Sequence record: MK799832.1
DNA: 64,000 nucleotides
Reading direction: 5' to 3' (one strand)
Shown piece by piece: positions 10,195 through 25,100 of the stretch (positions are counted from its first letter, which is position 1; every line of letters starts with the position of its first letter). The notes beneath the pieces are model-generated. The model ran no database searches. It worked only from the letters and a program-made list of their open reading frames with translations, and was not told where the DNA came from. The translations under genes were made by a program, and so were the position numbers.

Positions 10195-11754
10195 TTAGAA
10201 TTGCAAGATAACTTTAACGTCTTCTTTCTGTGAAGATGATCTGGTGACTGATGGCCTATTATCAACATAAATGATGTCACCAGAGTACTTTTGAGACTCT
10301 GGATTTGAAATTCCACTATTGAATTCCTGACCCAGATAGTAGGTACGACTATTTATTGTCGTAGATACACCTGAAAAGTTTTGGTCAATATTGAGTGTGT
10401 TACCTGAAGTTGGTGAGATTTGGATACTACCACCTGTTGTAGGTGATGATGTAAACTTCAATTGTTCAAAACCATATACAGGAACAACGTTCTGAGTGCC
10501 ATCAGTATTGAATCCTGCAGTCCTTCTGTCCTGCCAATACTTCAAAATACCAGTCTGTTGGTCATAAGAAACAACTCTACCGATGGCTGTTGAACCTAAA
10601 CCAACGGTTTGTGTAACAAAACTGTCTGCGGTAAAGACTGCTTCACTGTAACCAGTACCAACAAGCTTCAATGCATAGAGTGCACTGGCTTTATCTTTGG
10701 TCAAATTGGTTGTTGAGTTGTAATTTGTTGGATTTTTGACGATTCCAACCTGTGCAAACTGGTTTCCAGTGATAAAATCGGGATTTTGGGTGTCATTTTC
10801 AAATCTAGCATAAGAAAGTACGTTATAAGCACCCAATTCACGATAAATATCGGCACCATGACCACCTGGAGGAGGAATAATTACGTTAAAAACGGGTGCG
10901 ACACTGCCATTTGGGACACCACCATTCTCTAAATCGAGAGTTCCGAAGGAATATCCACTTCCTCCTCTTGAAATTGTCACAGATTCGACTTTTGAGTCGT
11001 TATTGATGACAACTGTAGCCTCTGCACCACGTCCATCTCCTAAAATTGGCACTCTTGTGTAGGTAACATTGGCAGTTCCGATGCCAACTCCACGATTTCT
11101 GATGGTAACAACCTTTAATTGACCACTTGTGCCTGCATTTTCTCTTACAGCAGAGTAAGAACTGTTGGTTTCCCAGTCAGTTGGGACTGCAATATAGTTT
11201 GTTGAGTCAAATTTGATGATTTGATTCGGCTTAATCGTATAAAGATACTTCCAAATATAACCATCACCACTGCTTCCAGCCTCTCTTGGCTCCAAATCTG
11301 TGAAATTTGGCTCGTCAAGAGAAGGACCACCTCTAAAACTATTCTCTGGATTAGCGTTATTGAACAGACAGATATAAACTTTATACTCACTATTCATTAC
11401 ATAATAGTTGGAGTCGTAAATGTCATACGATCCAGATGGTTGAGATGGGTTATCTCTATCAATATCATTCCTCCACATGTCATATGTGGTGCCAGATTGC
11501 CAGGTAATTTTCCTTACAACCTGGCTTACATCACCTGAATTAATCTTTTTAAGGGCCAACATGGTGTCCCAGTAATAGTTGGAGTCATCCAAACTATCTT
11601 TGGGGGCAGGTGGATTCGAGTTCCAATCACTCTGAAACTCAGGAGCATCTGGTAGACCAATCCACGCATAGTAAGAATTGGAAGAATCTTGTACAGAATC
11701 GACAAAATTCTTCGCATTCAAGATACGCAGTTGATCAGTAATTATCGCAGCCAT
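10195..11754 (-). CDS. gp8: Baseplate wedge subunit gp8
   Basis: MAAIITDQLRILNAKNF start, VYICLFNN...GDGYIWKYLYTI core and GDIIYVDNRPSVTRSSSQKEDVKVILQF end. Confidence 0.92.
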   Translation of the reverse strand: MAAIITDQLRILNAKNFVDSVQDSSNSYYAWIGLPDAPEFQSDWNSNPPAPKDSLDDSNYYWDTMLALKKINSGDVSQVVRKITWQSGTTYDMWRNDIDRDNPSQPSGSYDIYDSNYYVMNSEYKVYICLFNNANPENSFRGGPSLDEPNFTDLEPREAGSSGDGYIWKYLYTIKPNQIIKFDSTNYIAVPTDWETNSSYSAVRENAGTSGQLKVVTIRNRGVGIGTANVTYTRVPILGDGRGAEATVVINNDSKVESVTISRGGSGYSFGTLDLENGGVPNGSVAPVFNVIIPPPGGHGADIYRELGAYNVLSYARFENDTQNPDFITGNQFAQVGIVKNPTNYNSTTNLTKDKASALYALKLVGTGYSEAVFTADSFVTQTVGLGSTAIGRVVSYDQQTGILKYWQDRRTAGFNTDGTQNVVPVYGFEQLKFTSSPTTGGSIQISPTSGNTLNIDQNFSGVSTTINSRTYYLGQEFNSGISNPESQKYSGDIIYVDNRPSVTRSSSQKEDVKVILQF

Positions 11755-11779
11755 GTTTAGAGGACTTTTTTCTTATTTA

Positions 11780-13156
11780 TTATGATAATGTGAGACTTGT
11801 GGAACCGATACCAGCAACTGTAAATGTTAGAGTAGTTCCAGAGAACGTAATCTGAACACCTTGAGTAGATGCCGCACTTACAAATCCACCAATTGCAGTA
11901 ACAATACCAGTGTTATACTGATTAGTTGCCGTAACAACACCTAATGTCGATACACCAGTAACTACTAATGAATCTGCATTTATATTTGCAGTGTTTGCAA
12001 CACCAGTGTAACTAATTGTCGAAATACCAGAATTTGTGGTAACACTTATATTGGATCCAGCAGAGATAAGTGTAGTAATTCCTGTTACATTAGAAGCATC
12101 AGCACCAGTCAGAGTGGTAACTACACCAGTCAATCCAGAACCATCAGCCCCTGTAAGTGTTGTTACAACGCCAGTTAATCCTGATCCGTCAGCACCAGTC
12201 AAAGTGGTTACTACACCAGTAAGACCAGACCCATCAGCACCAGTCAGAGTGGTGACTACACCAGTCAGGTTCGATCCATCACCATAATATGTTGCACCAG
12301 TTACGATTCCAAGAGTAGAAATTCCAGTTACTCTGAAATAACCTAATACATCTGCACCACCATGTTTTGTTTCAAATCTCTTATTGTTGTTATAATACAG
12401 TTCAACACCATAATTTCCGTCAACGTTGGTTGACATTACTTGTGTTGTTCCAGCTCCACTAGTGAAGTTTTGGGTATCTGCCTTAATATTTAAATCACCT
12501 ACATTTACTCTAATGACATTTCCATCAGAGTCATTATGGAAGATAGTAAATTCTGATTGTTCTCCTAAGATAAATTGTTTATCATCAGTCATCAATAGAG
12601 ATGAACCAAGACTTACAACACCCGTAAGTGTAGATGCTCCTGAAACATTTATACTTCCTGCAGAATGACCTGCACCAACAAACATTGATCCGAAAGTACC
12701 AACACCCGTGATATTGATATTTCTACCTGTTACTTCATCATAGACAATATCATCAGATACATAAAGATCACCACCAACATACAAATCACCACCAGTGGTA
12801 GTAATACCACCTTGACTTGCAAGTGTAGTGACACCAGAAGTAAGAAGTGTAGTAACGGTAGTTACACCTAACGTTGTAATACCTGCTGCCTTTAGATTTC
12901 TAGAGATATCTACATCCGTCGTCGCAATGGAGACTGGAGTAGGTGCAGAAATTTCAACGTATCCTGTTGTTGTATTTACAGCAACATTTGTTCCTGCAGT
13001 GATGGTGGTTACAACACCTGTAGCAAGTGATGAACCGTCACCAATGAGATTATAGATCTCACTAAAGTTACTGTTGATTTTAATACCACCAGAAACTAGT
13101 GAATCACCTGTCCCATCATTAGGAGCTGAGCCAGTGTTAATACCTTGGTATGCCAT
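11780..13156 (-). CDS. Baseplate/tail-fibre connector-like protein (gp9/gp10-type N-terminus) with fibre repeats
   Basis: INTGSAPNDGTGDSL...KINSNFSEIY N-terminal motif; Gly/Thr-rich body with GDGSNLTG and 15-aa repeats. Confidence 0.7.
   Translation of the reverse strand: MAYQGINTGSAPNDGTGDSLVSGGIKINSNFSEIYNLIGDGSSLATGVVTTITAGTNVAVNTTTGYVEISAPTPVSIATTDVDISRNLKAAGITTLGVTTVTTLLTSGVTTLASQGGITTTGGDLYVGGDLYVSDDIVYDEVTGRNINITGVGTFGSMFVGAGHSAGSINVSGASTLTGVVSLGSSLLMTDDKQFILGEQSEFTIFHNDSDGNVIRVNVGDLNIKADTQNFTSGAGTTQVMSTNVDGNYGVELYYNNNKRFETKHGGADVLGYFRVTGISTLGIVTGATYYGDGSNLTGVVTTLTGADGSGLTGVVTTLTGADGSGLTGVVTTLTGADGSGLTGVVTTLTGADASNVTGITTLISAGSNISVTTNSGISTISYTGVANTANINADSLVVTGVSTLGVVTATNQYNTGIVTAIGGFVSAASTQGVQITFSGTTLTFTVAGIGSTSLTLS
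12101..12280 (-). repeat. Four tandem 45-nt units encoding GVVTTLTGAD(GSGLT)
   Basis: Units start at 12101, 12146, 12191 and 12236; near-identical in protein, diverged at third codon positions. Confidence 0.92.
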
Positions 13157-13190
13157 CTACTGTAGGATCCTTTTCTATGTTTTATTTATT

Positions 13191-16100
13191 TTAAGTTTGA
13201 TAGTTATTAAACTTCAAAGGTCTGAATCTCTGAACCAAAGGTGAGCTAGTAATACCCGTGTATGAATTAGGTGTAAATTCAAGCGCATCTGCGGTTGCTC
13301 TATTCAAGAATTGAATCTTACCCCATGTATATTCACCAAGATTTCTACCTCTCGTGAATCCAGCTACCGTAGTACCAAATCCAACGTTTGCAACCTCAAC
13401 TCTTCTAATTGCAGTTGTTCCAAGACCAACCGAAGTCAGATCAACTGTGGAGTTATAAGCAGCAGATACCTGATAGATATTGTCACTTGTACTTGTAGAC
13501 AGACCAAAGTTTGAAAGGTTAACCACGAAGTAGTCACCTGTTTGAAGTTGACTGATAGTAACTGCAGTACCTACAATATTAGGATCTCTCATGTAAGAGT
13601 CCTCTGGGATATGTAATTCAAGTGTTCCAAGAGCACCTGCAGATTGTGCATATCCAACAATCTGTCCAAGATCACCAAAGTAAGAACTGACTCCGATTTG
13701 TTCCCTTCTGGCATTAGGAACTTCAATCAAGATTGATGGTGGTTGTGTATAACCAGCACCTGCATTAGTGATTGTAATCGAAGTAACTGCAGTACCAGTA
13801 ACACTTGCTGTAGCAGTTGCTCTAGTTCCACCTACGATATCATCTGGTTCGGAGATTGAAACCGTTGGAGTCATTCCATCATAACCCTGACCACCTGTAG
13901 AAATTGTAAATCCAGTGACCGTACCTGCAACACTGACAGTTACAGTTGCAATTGCAGATGCAATTGGTGATTGATCAATAATAACAATTCTATCTTGATA
14001 ATCTAAGAGTGAAGTTTCATTTGTAGAATTGAAGAATGGTCTTACAGTGTCTGTATAAGCAACAGCACTTGAGGTTCCAACATAAGATGTCAGATATGCT
14101 GCAGGATAAATTGATGGTTCATACTCAACTCTATCCTTAGTTACAAAGTCACCATTGATAGTGATATCGTCAGTTTGCTTACACCATGTAAGCGGTCTTA
14201 CAAGTGCTTGATTTGTAGTAATACCAGGACCGTCATAAGGGAATGTTCTAACAGTATCAAGAGTTGTAATACCAACTACGGTTCTTGGTTCTTGATATAA
14301 ACCAAATCCTTGACCCTTAGTAGAATCATTCTTAAGTTGTAAAGTGTCACCTACCTTGACAGTTTCAAGAATATCAACCAGAACAACATCAACATCAGGT
14401 GTACCTTTGTAGAAGATGATCTTTGATGTGTCACCCTTTTTGGGAGCCTCTGTAAATTCAATGATAGAACCACCATTAAACTTATACGACTGATTTGGTA
14501 CCTGAAGAATGTCATTGATGGTAACAATCAGACATTGTGCAATGTTGATGTCGGAACCATCTGCGGTTTCAATAGCAAATCCAGCACCAGCGATAGTGAG
14601 TGGGAATCTCTTCTCTACACCATCGAACAAGGTATCGAGTTTATCAAATACATCGAGTTCACCGACCGTAAATCCATTGAATGTGTCACGATAGGTAGTT
14701 GAAACCGTGAGTTGGAATTCATCATATGTGTAACTTGTATCAGTCTGGATACCAGTTGTACCACCAATAGAGAGTCTTAATACCTCTCCATCACCATAAC
14801 CAAATCCACCACTTACAATATCAAAGTTAACAACACTTGAACCCTGACCAACTGTGATGTCTACACGAGCACCTGTACCCATTCCAGTTTGACCGTCCGC
14901 ATAGACCAGAGGAATATTTGAATAGGGAAGAGGTGCATCAATTACGATAAGAGGAGGGTTATTCTGATCAAGGTTTGCTCCAAAGTAACTGGTTGTGATT
15001 GCAACAACTTGTCCATTCTGAACGGTTGCTGTACCGATGTTCACAACTGTTGTGATGCCAGTTGAAGAAACTGCATAACCAACATTGACTGTTTGAACAC
15101 CAACTCTATATCCAGATCCAGGATTACCAATTTCAACAGATGTAATCGTACCACCACCAGATACAAAACATGATGCACCAGCAGATATCAATGGTTGATA
15201 TCCAAGACCTGGAGTAGACGCCACAGAGATGATTGTTCCACCTCTTGGAATCGTTGCCATATTAGGATCAGATTCTGAAGATACACTGTCACCAAGATAG
15301 GTGATACTTGTAATACCTGCGGTTTCTAGGAGTGTGAAGTCACCAGTGGTATTTTGAGCTCCCTGTGGTTCTTGTAAAATGTTAGAGTTAAGAATAATTG
15401 CCTGATTAGTTGCAAAACCAGTTACATTATTACCATTTTGTACAAGTGAGAAGAACTTAGTTTGACCATTGAACTGACTTTGAATATTGTCAAAAGTGTA
15501 ATTGGTGCTGTAAGTATCAACAGAATCATCAGTGATACCACTTCTCATAAATGTTCTACCTTGGAAAGTAGAATAAGTTGTGATACCAGACCAGTCAATA
15601 TTATCAGGACCTTGTGTAGTAGTGCTGAGTGGAGTTGCGCCGAATGGAGCTTCTACAAAGTGAAGTGTGTTATCGACAATATTGTAATTACCACCAAGAA
15701 GTTCAACGGATGTTCCGATGTTGTGTGTGGCAACACCAGTACCCATTTGACCTCTCAGAACTCTGAATTTGTTTGTTGCTCCAACACCAACGTCTTGAAG
15801 TAACATAATCTCACTATCAATCTTGATAATGTCATTTGCCTTGAATGATTGAATACCAACAACATCAAAGTCAACATCAAATACGACGTTTTGATCAAGT
15901 CTTGTAGATACATTGACTTCAGTTACAGGTGCCTGAATCATGTTATCAACAGCAACAAGAGCTCTAGCATTCTGGTTAGTTGCAGTCAACTTATGGAATG
16001 TACCAACACCAACAGAAGTCAGATCAAGTGCAATTGGTGATCCAGCAAGTGCATCAGTTGCACTCTTTGCAAATCCAACAGACTTATTACTGTATTTGAT

Positions 16101-19100
16101 GATGTAGAGTTCAGATGGTAACTTGTCTGTTGACACACCTGAAACAGTTGTCGTTGCAATACCGATAGCATTGGCAGTAGACAACTGTGAGTTCTCATAA
16201 CTATAATTTACCTTTTCACCAGTGACAAAGAAGTGATCTGGAATTGTTACCTGATTTGTTGACAGATTTACAATCGAGGAATCGTTACCAAGGAATGCTC
16301 TCTGGAAGATTGGGAGAGTATTATGTTTGAGGTTGAATGCTCTCTTCTTATCAAATTCAGTACCAGTATATGTTCCATAATCAGAGAACAGAATGTTATT
16401 TTGTAAAGCACTGATTGACGCAATACCAACAATATTGTTAAAGTTCTTCAGACCAATACCGAAGGTTCTAACAGCTACATCAATACTTGGATTTGGTGTA
16501 AACACCAGACTTACTGAGGTACCTGATGTAACAGCACCAACTGTTCCTAAACCAGAGTTAGTACCAATACGTCCATACTTAACAATGTTTTGGTTATTGG
16601 AGTCAAGAACATGACACTCAAACATCTCATATTCATTATTGGTGGTGTCATGGACAGTCACCATGAAGTATTCACCAGCAAATGGATCTTCATATGCTGC
16701 AATCTCATTTGCAACTGGAGAACCAGAAGCAGAGATTGACTTATAATATGATGAAAGGTTTGTAACACTCATCTCAGTAGTGTTAACACCTACTGCTGTA
16801 ATATTAGTTTCAATAGAAATGATATTGGCAGTAACTGCTGTTCCTACAGTCGGTACAATGTTAACATCAATAAATCCTCCACTAATATTTGCTGTGTATG
16901 TACCAAACCCAGATGAAATACCCTCAGTAGAATCCACATCTCCATATTGAAGAAGTTGTACATTTGTACCATCATGTAATACATTCAATTCAGTGTAGAA
17001 GTAGTTGTCTTCGGCATCTTCCAGTTGAACATGAAGTTTTGCAGATCTACTTACTGTTGGAACTTTTACCAGAGTGGTAGTTGTCGAAACTGGTACAGTT
17101 ACTGATGATGATGCAATAGAAACAATGTCACCAACTTGAGTTGAACCAACACTAGTCAGACTTTCAACACCACTAAATGTGAAGTATGAAATATCATAGT
17201 TGTTATATTCAAACAGGTTGGGGAAGAATGTAAGACCCCACTCACTGGTACCAGCACCGATGTAATCAAACGAACCCAGTGATTTACCCGTGTCGATAGT
17301 ACCGTATTGATTCACATAACCTGTTGTACCATCTTGAAGAACAGTTACTACACCGAACTGTTTTCTACTTCTCAGTTCTCTGTCCTGAACCAAAGTAAAG
17401 AACTTGTTCCATGCATACTTATTATCAAAGAAATCGACGATGGAATACTTTGTTTCTCTTGGATTACTATTAAACTCACCACTAAAGTCATCAATCTTAA
17501 GAACTCTGTTACCTCTTGATTCAAAGTAATCTACGAGAATTTTGTTTTCAAATACAATCTCATTAGAGATGGTTTTACCACCATTAATATCAAGAGTTAA
17601 TTCAGTAGCACCATCAAAGTCAGGGAAACAATTAAGCATTCCCTCCCCGATCAGATCAACAACGGTTTCAATCTGGAAATCAACTGCTGAAGCAATACCA
17701 GCAGCATTGTTGTCAATAACGAGATCAGCAAACTTCTCAAAACCTGCAGTGTGGTTCAGTGAACTAACTGCATCATCCCATGTCTCATATGGAACTCTTG
17801 ATTTGAGTGAATATGAAAAGTTCTGATAATATTCGTTGTTTGGAATGACTTGAAGATTGTCGTTCAGGAATCCAGAATTGGTCTGCCATCCATCTACGAA
17901 CGTTGCACCAACACCAAGTCTGATAGTCGAATCAAAATCAATATTACTGATAATGTTTGCTTTGTTTCCAGATGATTGGGACTCTAAAATTGTGCCAACT
18001 TCAAAATCGTCTTCAGACGAAACAAATAAATAACCACTTGTGGCATCAAATCTTTCAACCCTACCAACATAGCCAATATTAGTAACTCTTTCTCCCTCAA
18101 AGAAGTTTGTTGTGACGAGTTTTGAATCAAATATTGGGAAGAATGACTCAGGCGTTACAGAACCAGAAATGGAACTTGTAACTTGACCAGGGAATTCGCC
18201 TGGTGCAAGATAATCAGTCAGATTGTATTCAATATACGCATTTGCACCACCAATTTGACTATCGAGTGCAGTTACCTCAAACAACGAATAGTTATAATCT
18301 TCAGAGTTGTAACCTCTACCAGTAGTATTGAAACCAATTGCAACGTTCTCAACAATTACCTTCTCACCAACTTTAAATGGCCAATCTTTTACTTCACTAA
18401 ACTGTTTGGAGAAGGTAAGTCTGACAATCTTGTTGGTCGAGTTATAAGATACAGAACTTATGCTGAAACCATTTGTATTTTGAGTGGGAATAAATGTTGG
18501 TGGAACATTATTCAGTGATTTAGTGTTTTCGATAATATTGACTTCATTGTCACCAAGTTCATAATCAAGTTCGATATCAGTGATAACTTGATTAGTAAAT
18601 CCATCAATAACAATAAGATCAGGTGCCTGGCTGTAGTTGACACCACCAGATGAAATACCGATTGATTCAAAAGAACCAAGAGGATCTACTCTCAATACCT
18701 GTGGTAAATTACCTACAACATTAAGAGTCTTATCGGATGGATAACCAAAACCAATGTAGTTGAATTTAGTTCCTAGAACACTACCAATGGTGGTAGAGGA
18801 TGGTTGAATTAGTGCACCTGTACCATTCTTACTCGTAACTGAAGAGAAACCTGGGAGAGACTTATACCCTACGCCTTTGTTGAGTGCATTGATCTTGTTG
18901 ATTGGCCCATTTGCAGTCAATGATGAAGTATCATACTTCATAGTTGCATTGGTGGTACCATATGAGACTACAGTGTCGTAGTCAAAAGGAATATTATATT
19001 CAAAAGTATCTGATGTAACACCAACTACATTATAAATTCCATCAAATTTGTTTTTAGTAAGATTAATACTATTGTTATTGATAACAGTATCATCTTTAAA

Positions 19101-22100
19101 CAATCTCAACTTGACTGGAGGAATAATATCCAAATTGTCGGGACTGAATCCGTAGTAGAGATTATTTGGAATGTTATCACTCATAAACAGAGTGAGATTT
19201 GCAGTAGTATCTACACCAACCACACCAGACTTTGTAACCTCAAAGTTTCTATCAGTTCTTGTTGTCCAGAACTCATTGACTTCTTGTGAGTCACTATAGA
19301 TGAACATATCAAATGCAGAATAAGTAATACCCTTATCAACAAATGAAAGTGATGTATCAGATAAATCAAACTTGATGTATTGATTCTTTTGTGCCCTTAC
19401 TCCAGGGTTGATTTTGGAAAGGGTTCCCGTGGTGGCAGAACCAACATTTACAAAAGTAGGATTCTCACTCGATAGTTCTGAGAGATATTCGACCAGTTTA
19501 ATCTTATTATTCATATAAGAATAAACATAATACATTCCAGAGGCGGTCAAATTCTCTGATGGATCACCAGAGGTATAGATGACTTTATCACCAGTAAAAT
19601 ACTTGTTCTCAGGAACGTGGAATGAATTGTTGTTGGTATTGATACCAGTTGGTTGAATAGTGTCAGGATCAAATACGATTCTTCTATTGAAGTCATCATA
19701 CTTGACTTGAATGGTGGTAGTGGTTGTTGGATTGACATCAACAGTAATGATGTCACCTCTCTTCATACCATGTGTTTGTGCAGTAGATACCGTGACAACG
19801 TTTTGTGAAACTCTACCTTTGATTACAGATGTAATGTTAGTATTGAAACTATGATAACTTCCAAGACCTACAGCAGATTCGAAGTACAACAATCCACCTT
19901 TCTCAGAGTTAATACCAACATATTGACCAACAGAGTTAACACCAACTCTTTGAGTTGCTATACCAATAATATCTTTGGACAATGGAATCGCAAAAATATT
20001 TCTGGTCTCATCAAGATTAAATATAGGTGTACTTGTAATACCACTCCAACACGCAATAGATGTTCCACCATTGGTGTAATAGATCATTGGAGTGTTCAAT
20101 GACAACTTATGATCTGGGAGATAGATCTGTCGTTGATCAACTCTGACCTGTGTTAAACCAACACCTGGATTTGAGAATGTAATTGTAGTCGCAGTACCTA
20201 CAGTTGATGTACCTACACCAACTGCCTCGTTTGGAGTAAAGTATAACTGTTTATTAATTGTAAGATTTCTCTGAGTATTGATACCTGTTGAGAGGAATCT
20301 GAGTTTTCTAGGATCATCTCTAACAATAGTACCTGCAGAGTGGGCAACTGCAAGTGTTCCATCAACACCTCTAAGAACTCTGACTCTACCAGATTTTTCA
20401 TCAATGTTGAGAACTTTTAATTTTTCTCTTTCAATTCTGAGAATATCATTTGCTCTAATCGAATCCTCACCGAAAGGACCATTCATATAAACGTAGGTCA
20501 CAATACCAGTGACAGTATCAGTTCCTATTCCTAGTGATACATACCATCTTTCACTTGATACACCGACCGAATACGACCCAGCGAATCCTTTGTAGTATGA
20601 AGATACCCCATCAATGAAAATTGTATCTAATGGTAAGAAGTTGTGTGGAGCTGAAGTAATACCAACAAACCCATTAGCACTTCCTGTACTTGTAAACTCC
20701 ACATTTTCATAAGATGTAGTGGCAAGACTTACACTGTTTACATTCTTACCCTTAAGTTGAGATACTCTAAAGTTTGCATTTCTACCGCCAGTATTAGTTG
20801 AATTGAGTTCAACCCTATCACCAATCTTGTATCCATCACCTGGATCCAAAATAGCCATACCATCAACACTACCTGATGATGTTGCAGTAATGTCTAAAGA
20901 CTGATTTCTAAGTTTGTCTGAATTGTAAATGTAATCATATTGACTATTTCCGCCATTTGTGAAATAGTTCTTAGTATTTCTAAACCACCCATCTCCCACA
21001 ATATTGTAATGAGTTTGATTAGACGCTGACTTGAAGTTGAATGGAATTGGTAAGGAATTATAATCGTTTCCAATTACATATGGGAACAATGGTCTTCTGT
21101 AGTTATTAAATGGACCAGAAGAATCTACAGTATCAGAGATAGTACAGAAGTATGCATATACACCGTTTGGATAATCTGGTGTTACACAGAAACGACCATT
21201 GTGTTCATCAAGATCACCGTCACCAGCATAGATATAGTCATCTACAAAGAATCCGTTAGGGAATGCATTGTATGAAGGTCTATTGACAGGAGTATTCTTG
21301 AGTTTGTAACTTGTAACCATTCTACGAATGTTACCAGTTCCATCGATATTATCGAAACCGTATGGACCATAGATTGGATTACCATCGTACGCCCAACCTA
21401 CGATTGGTGAGTGATACAAACTATCAATTTCTTCTCCACCAACACTTAAAGTTAAGTCAAAAATACCATATTTGATATTGTCCTCCCCAAAACCATTTAA
21501 TGAGTTTAGTGACTCTCTTAATGGTCTAGGTGCATAAACTGCTGCATACTGAAGTGACTTGTTTGAAATGTTCTCCTCAATAATGCAGTCATCATCTTTA
21601 AAGTTGGAAAAGTTTCTTTCAAATAGGTTGATATTCCATCCTCTAATATTTGCCTGAGTTTTTGCACCAGATCCAGCAGGTATTACATCAATTGTGGTCT
21701 TACCAGTAACATATCCTGCACCACCTTTTTGAACATAGACACTTTCTATCTCACCATTATTAATGATTGGCACTAAGATTGCAAAATTACCTGTCTCACT
21801 TACAATGTTGAGATCAGGTGGTGCATTGTAACCAGAACCACCTGAGTTTACAATAACCTCAACAATCTTACCATTGTTGATAATTGGTGTTAGTTTTGCT
21901 TTTGAACCAGACTCAAAGGTGATTTCGGGTTGTCTTCTAAAATCAACAATAGTTGATGCACCATAACCAACACCACCATTGGTCAAGTCAATACTTAAGA
22001 TCTCTCCTCTAAAGACAGGTTGTAGTTTTGCTTCATAAAGAAGAATATTACCGATGAATGGATCATCACTAATCAACCAGTTTGCATCAGCACTAACCAA

Positions 22101-25100
22101 AACATAGTATGGATTTGTGATCTCTGCTTCAGTATCAGTCCATGCAAGTACTGATACAGGAGTGATAATATTCTCTTCAATTGGTGATTCAATAATATAA
22201 AGTTCTTGGAAGTCCTCGACAAAGGTCTTATCGAACGATGCTGCTGCACCTTCTACTTCAACAGTGATTGGTGGATAGTTAAATGAACCTACGCCCTGTT
22301 TTGTGAAGTTAATACAGATTCCTCTATCATAATAATAGTCTCTTTCTACAGATCCAGTACCAACTTCTGTCAGTGCAAATGCATCATCATTAATCTTTTT
22401 AACAAAATAATCTTTATCTTCACTCAGACCCTCAACTCTTGGAGTTCCTCTTGTATATCTTACAACTTCTTTCGATTTATAACCGTGATTTAAAATTTCA
22501 ACTCTATCTGATACTGTATTGATACCAGCTGTTGAAATAGTTCTCTTTTTGTTTTCGTAACCTACACCAGGATTAGTAACTACAACACTTGATACAACCT
22601 GCTTAAGTTCTTTTGCAACAAGATATTGCACACCATCACCATAACCTGCTAAATCAACAGTGTTGATACCTGCAAATACATCTCCTTTTGTGGTATGAAG
22701 TTGAATACTCTTTTGGCCAGTTACAAATACAAAATACTCACCACCAGTATTCAGTCCAACAATACCAGATGTATTTCTTGGTTCATAGATTACACTTTCA
22801 CCATCTAAGAATTTGTGATCGGTCTCAAATGTAATCTCATTTGTTGTGAGATTTACATCACTTGGGAAATTGGCGACGAAAGAATTTTCAAGTTTGATTG
22901 AAGTCATTCTTGGTTCTGCCTGTGCACCAGAACCATTACCACCCTTGATTGTAATCGTTGGTGGTGCATAATAACCCATACCAGGGTCAGTAACATCAAG
23001 CTTTACAAGTTGACCTTTTACGTTAGCAACACCTGTTGCACCAGTTCCTACCTCATCGACAATCTTTACTACTGGTGGATTGATAATATCGTATCCAGTT
23101 CCACCACTTGTCATAGTGAAGTCAAGAATATCACCATAATAAACACTACTGGATGACTTATAGTTTAACAACTCAAGACCATTAACAAAAATACCTGTAT
23201 ATCCTGAAGTTGTTTTCTCTATTCTCTTTCTATTAGTAGGACTTAGAATCTTTCTGTAGATACCCTGTGGTTGAATCGTTTTACCATAAAAATCAAGGTA
23301 ACTTAAAGAAGCATTTACTACAGACCCATTAAATGTAATATATGATTCTCTTGTAAGGTCTGCATTACTTCTTGCAAGTTTGATTTCACTTTCATTTACT
23401 CTGTAGACAAAGTAAGAACCAGTGGTAACTCCATCAAAACCATTACCTGCAGATTGGAAATATACTGAGTCACCTGTGTAGAAACCGTGATCGGGTAATG
23501 ATGTTGGGTTAGTTGGTAATGGTAAAATGTCGGTGCTCAGTAATGATGCAGAGAAAGTTACTTTCTTATCGTAAGTATTTGTCTCAATGTCATTATATTT
23601 TGGTAATGAGTTAGATGATATAAGAACATCACCATTAAACTTTGCATATGTATTCTGTACATTGGCAACAAAATTCTTGATATAAGAATGACTTGTAGAC
23701 GAACCCTTGAGTAATTGATTCTCAAGATAGAATGTACCTGAAAGATTGATCTGTTGTCCGAACCTTACATTAATCTCATTCTCTGATACAATTCTAGTGA
23801 CTGTTCCGAGGTTTGATACAGTGCCATCTTCGTTTTCATATCTGAGTTCATACCCCTCTTGGAAGAAGTGATCATTATAAAGTTTAAAGTTATATACGAA
23901 TGCATCAGCATCAATTACAGAACTTTCAGCAATTTTAAATTTTGTTTGGACGTTAAGGACATAGTTATTTGCTTTCTTTCCAGGTGCCTCATATCCAAAT
24001 GATTTAATCTCAATAGTGTCATTCTTTTTGAAGTAATATGTTGGATCGTTCTGTACAAAATCCTTCAGGGTAGATGTAAATCTAACCCTGATTTCTTGTG
24101 AGGTATCAATACCAACATAGGCATATGAGAAAGAATCTAACTTAACGTCAGACTTCTTATTCAATGAATTGGTCAGACCAGATACGTTAAAGAACTGGTT
24201 TGTGGTCTTTCCACTATATGCAACACCAATCGCATTACCATCAACATCATTGACGACTAATTTACCATATTCAGGAAAGTCAACGGTTGAATCAACATCA
24301 AGAACCGTTGAACCAAAACTTACAGAGGTAAGGAGTTTTGTAAGGGGGTTAGGTTCAAACTCACCAAAAATAGAACCTGTTACGTCAGTATCTCTTGCAA
24401 ATCCAGCATCAATACTAATCTGATAGAATTGATAATCATCATAAGGAATCTGTTGTACATTAGTTACAGATCCTCTTGCATTCGTTCTCTTTTGGAAGAT
24501 TGTAAGGTTCTGAAGATCTAATGGATCACCCTGAAGTTTCTCAACTACAAAGTCTTGAGTTACTCTATAGTTTGCATTAGAGGGAGTCAGAAGGAACTGT
24601 GATGGTTTGAGAATCTCTACATCTTCACCATACAGTGCTCTAAACAAGATTTCAAAGGACTGATCAGTGCCCTTTGAAGAATAAAAACTATCTGAGTTGT
24701 AGATAAAGTTTTTGGAGTTTAATCCACTATAAAAGTTGCGATCAGCAAAACCAGGAGTAAACTGTCCCTTAATCTTCTTAAAGAACTGTTTGAGGAAAAG
24801 AACGTTCAGGTTGACAACTTCTGTTCCAAGTAAATGAGTATCTGCTTCAGTCTGAGAGAATGTTAATTCATCTGGTGCACCTGTGGTGACATAGGTGGTG
24901 ATACCACTGAATCCTCTTCTACAGTTCTGAAACTCAGTGTCAGTCTTTGTTTCGTAGAATATAATTTCATTATCAATCTGAATGATACCGTTAGTCTCAG
25001 AGAAACCTTCTGTCGATACTACAGTAACAAATCTATCATTATAATCTAAAATTTCGGCAAGAGTCGTTGATTCGACAATATCGTATAATTCTTCTACCTT

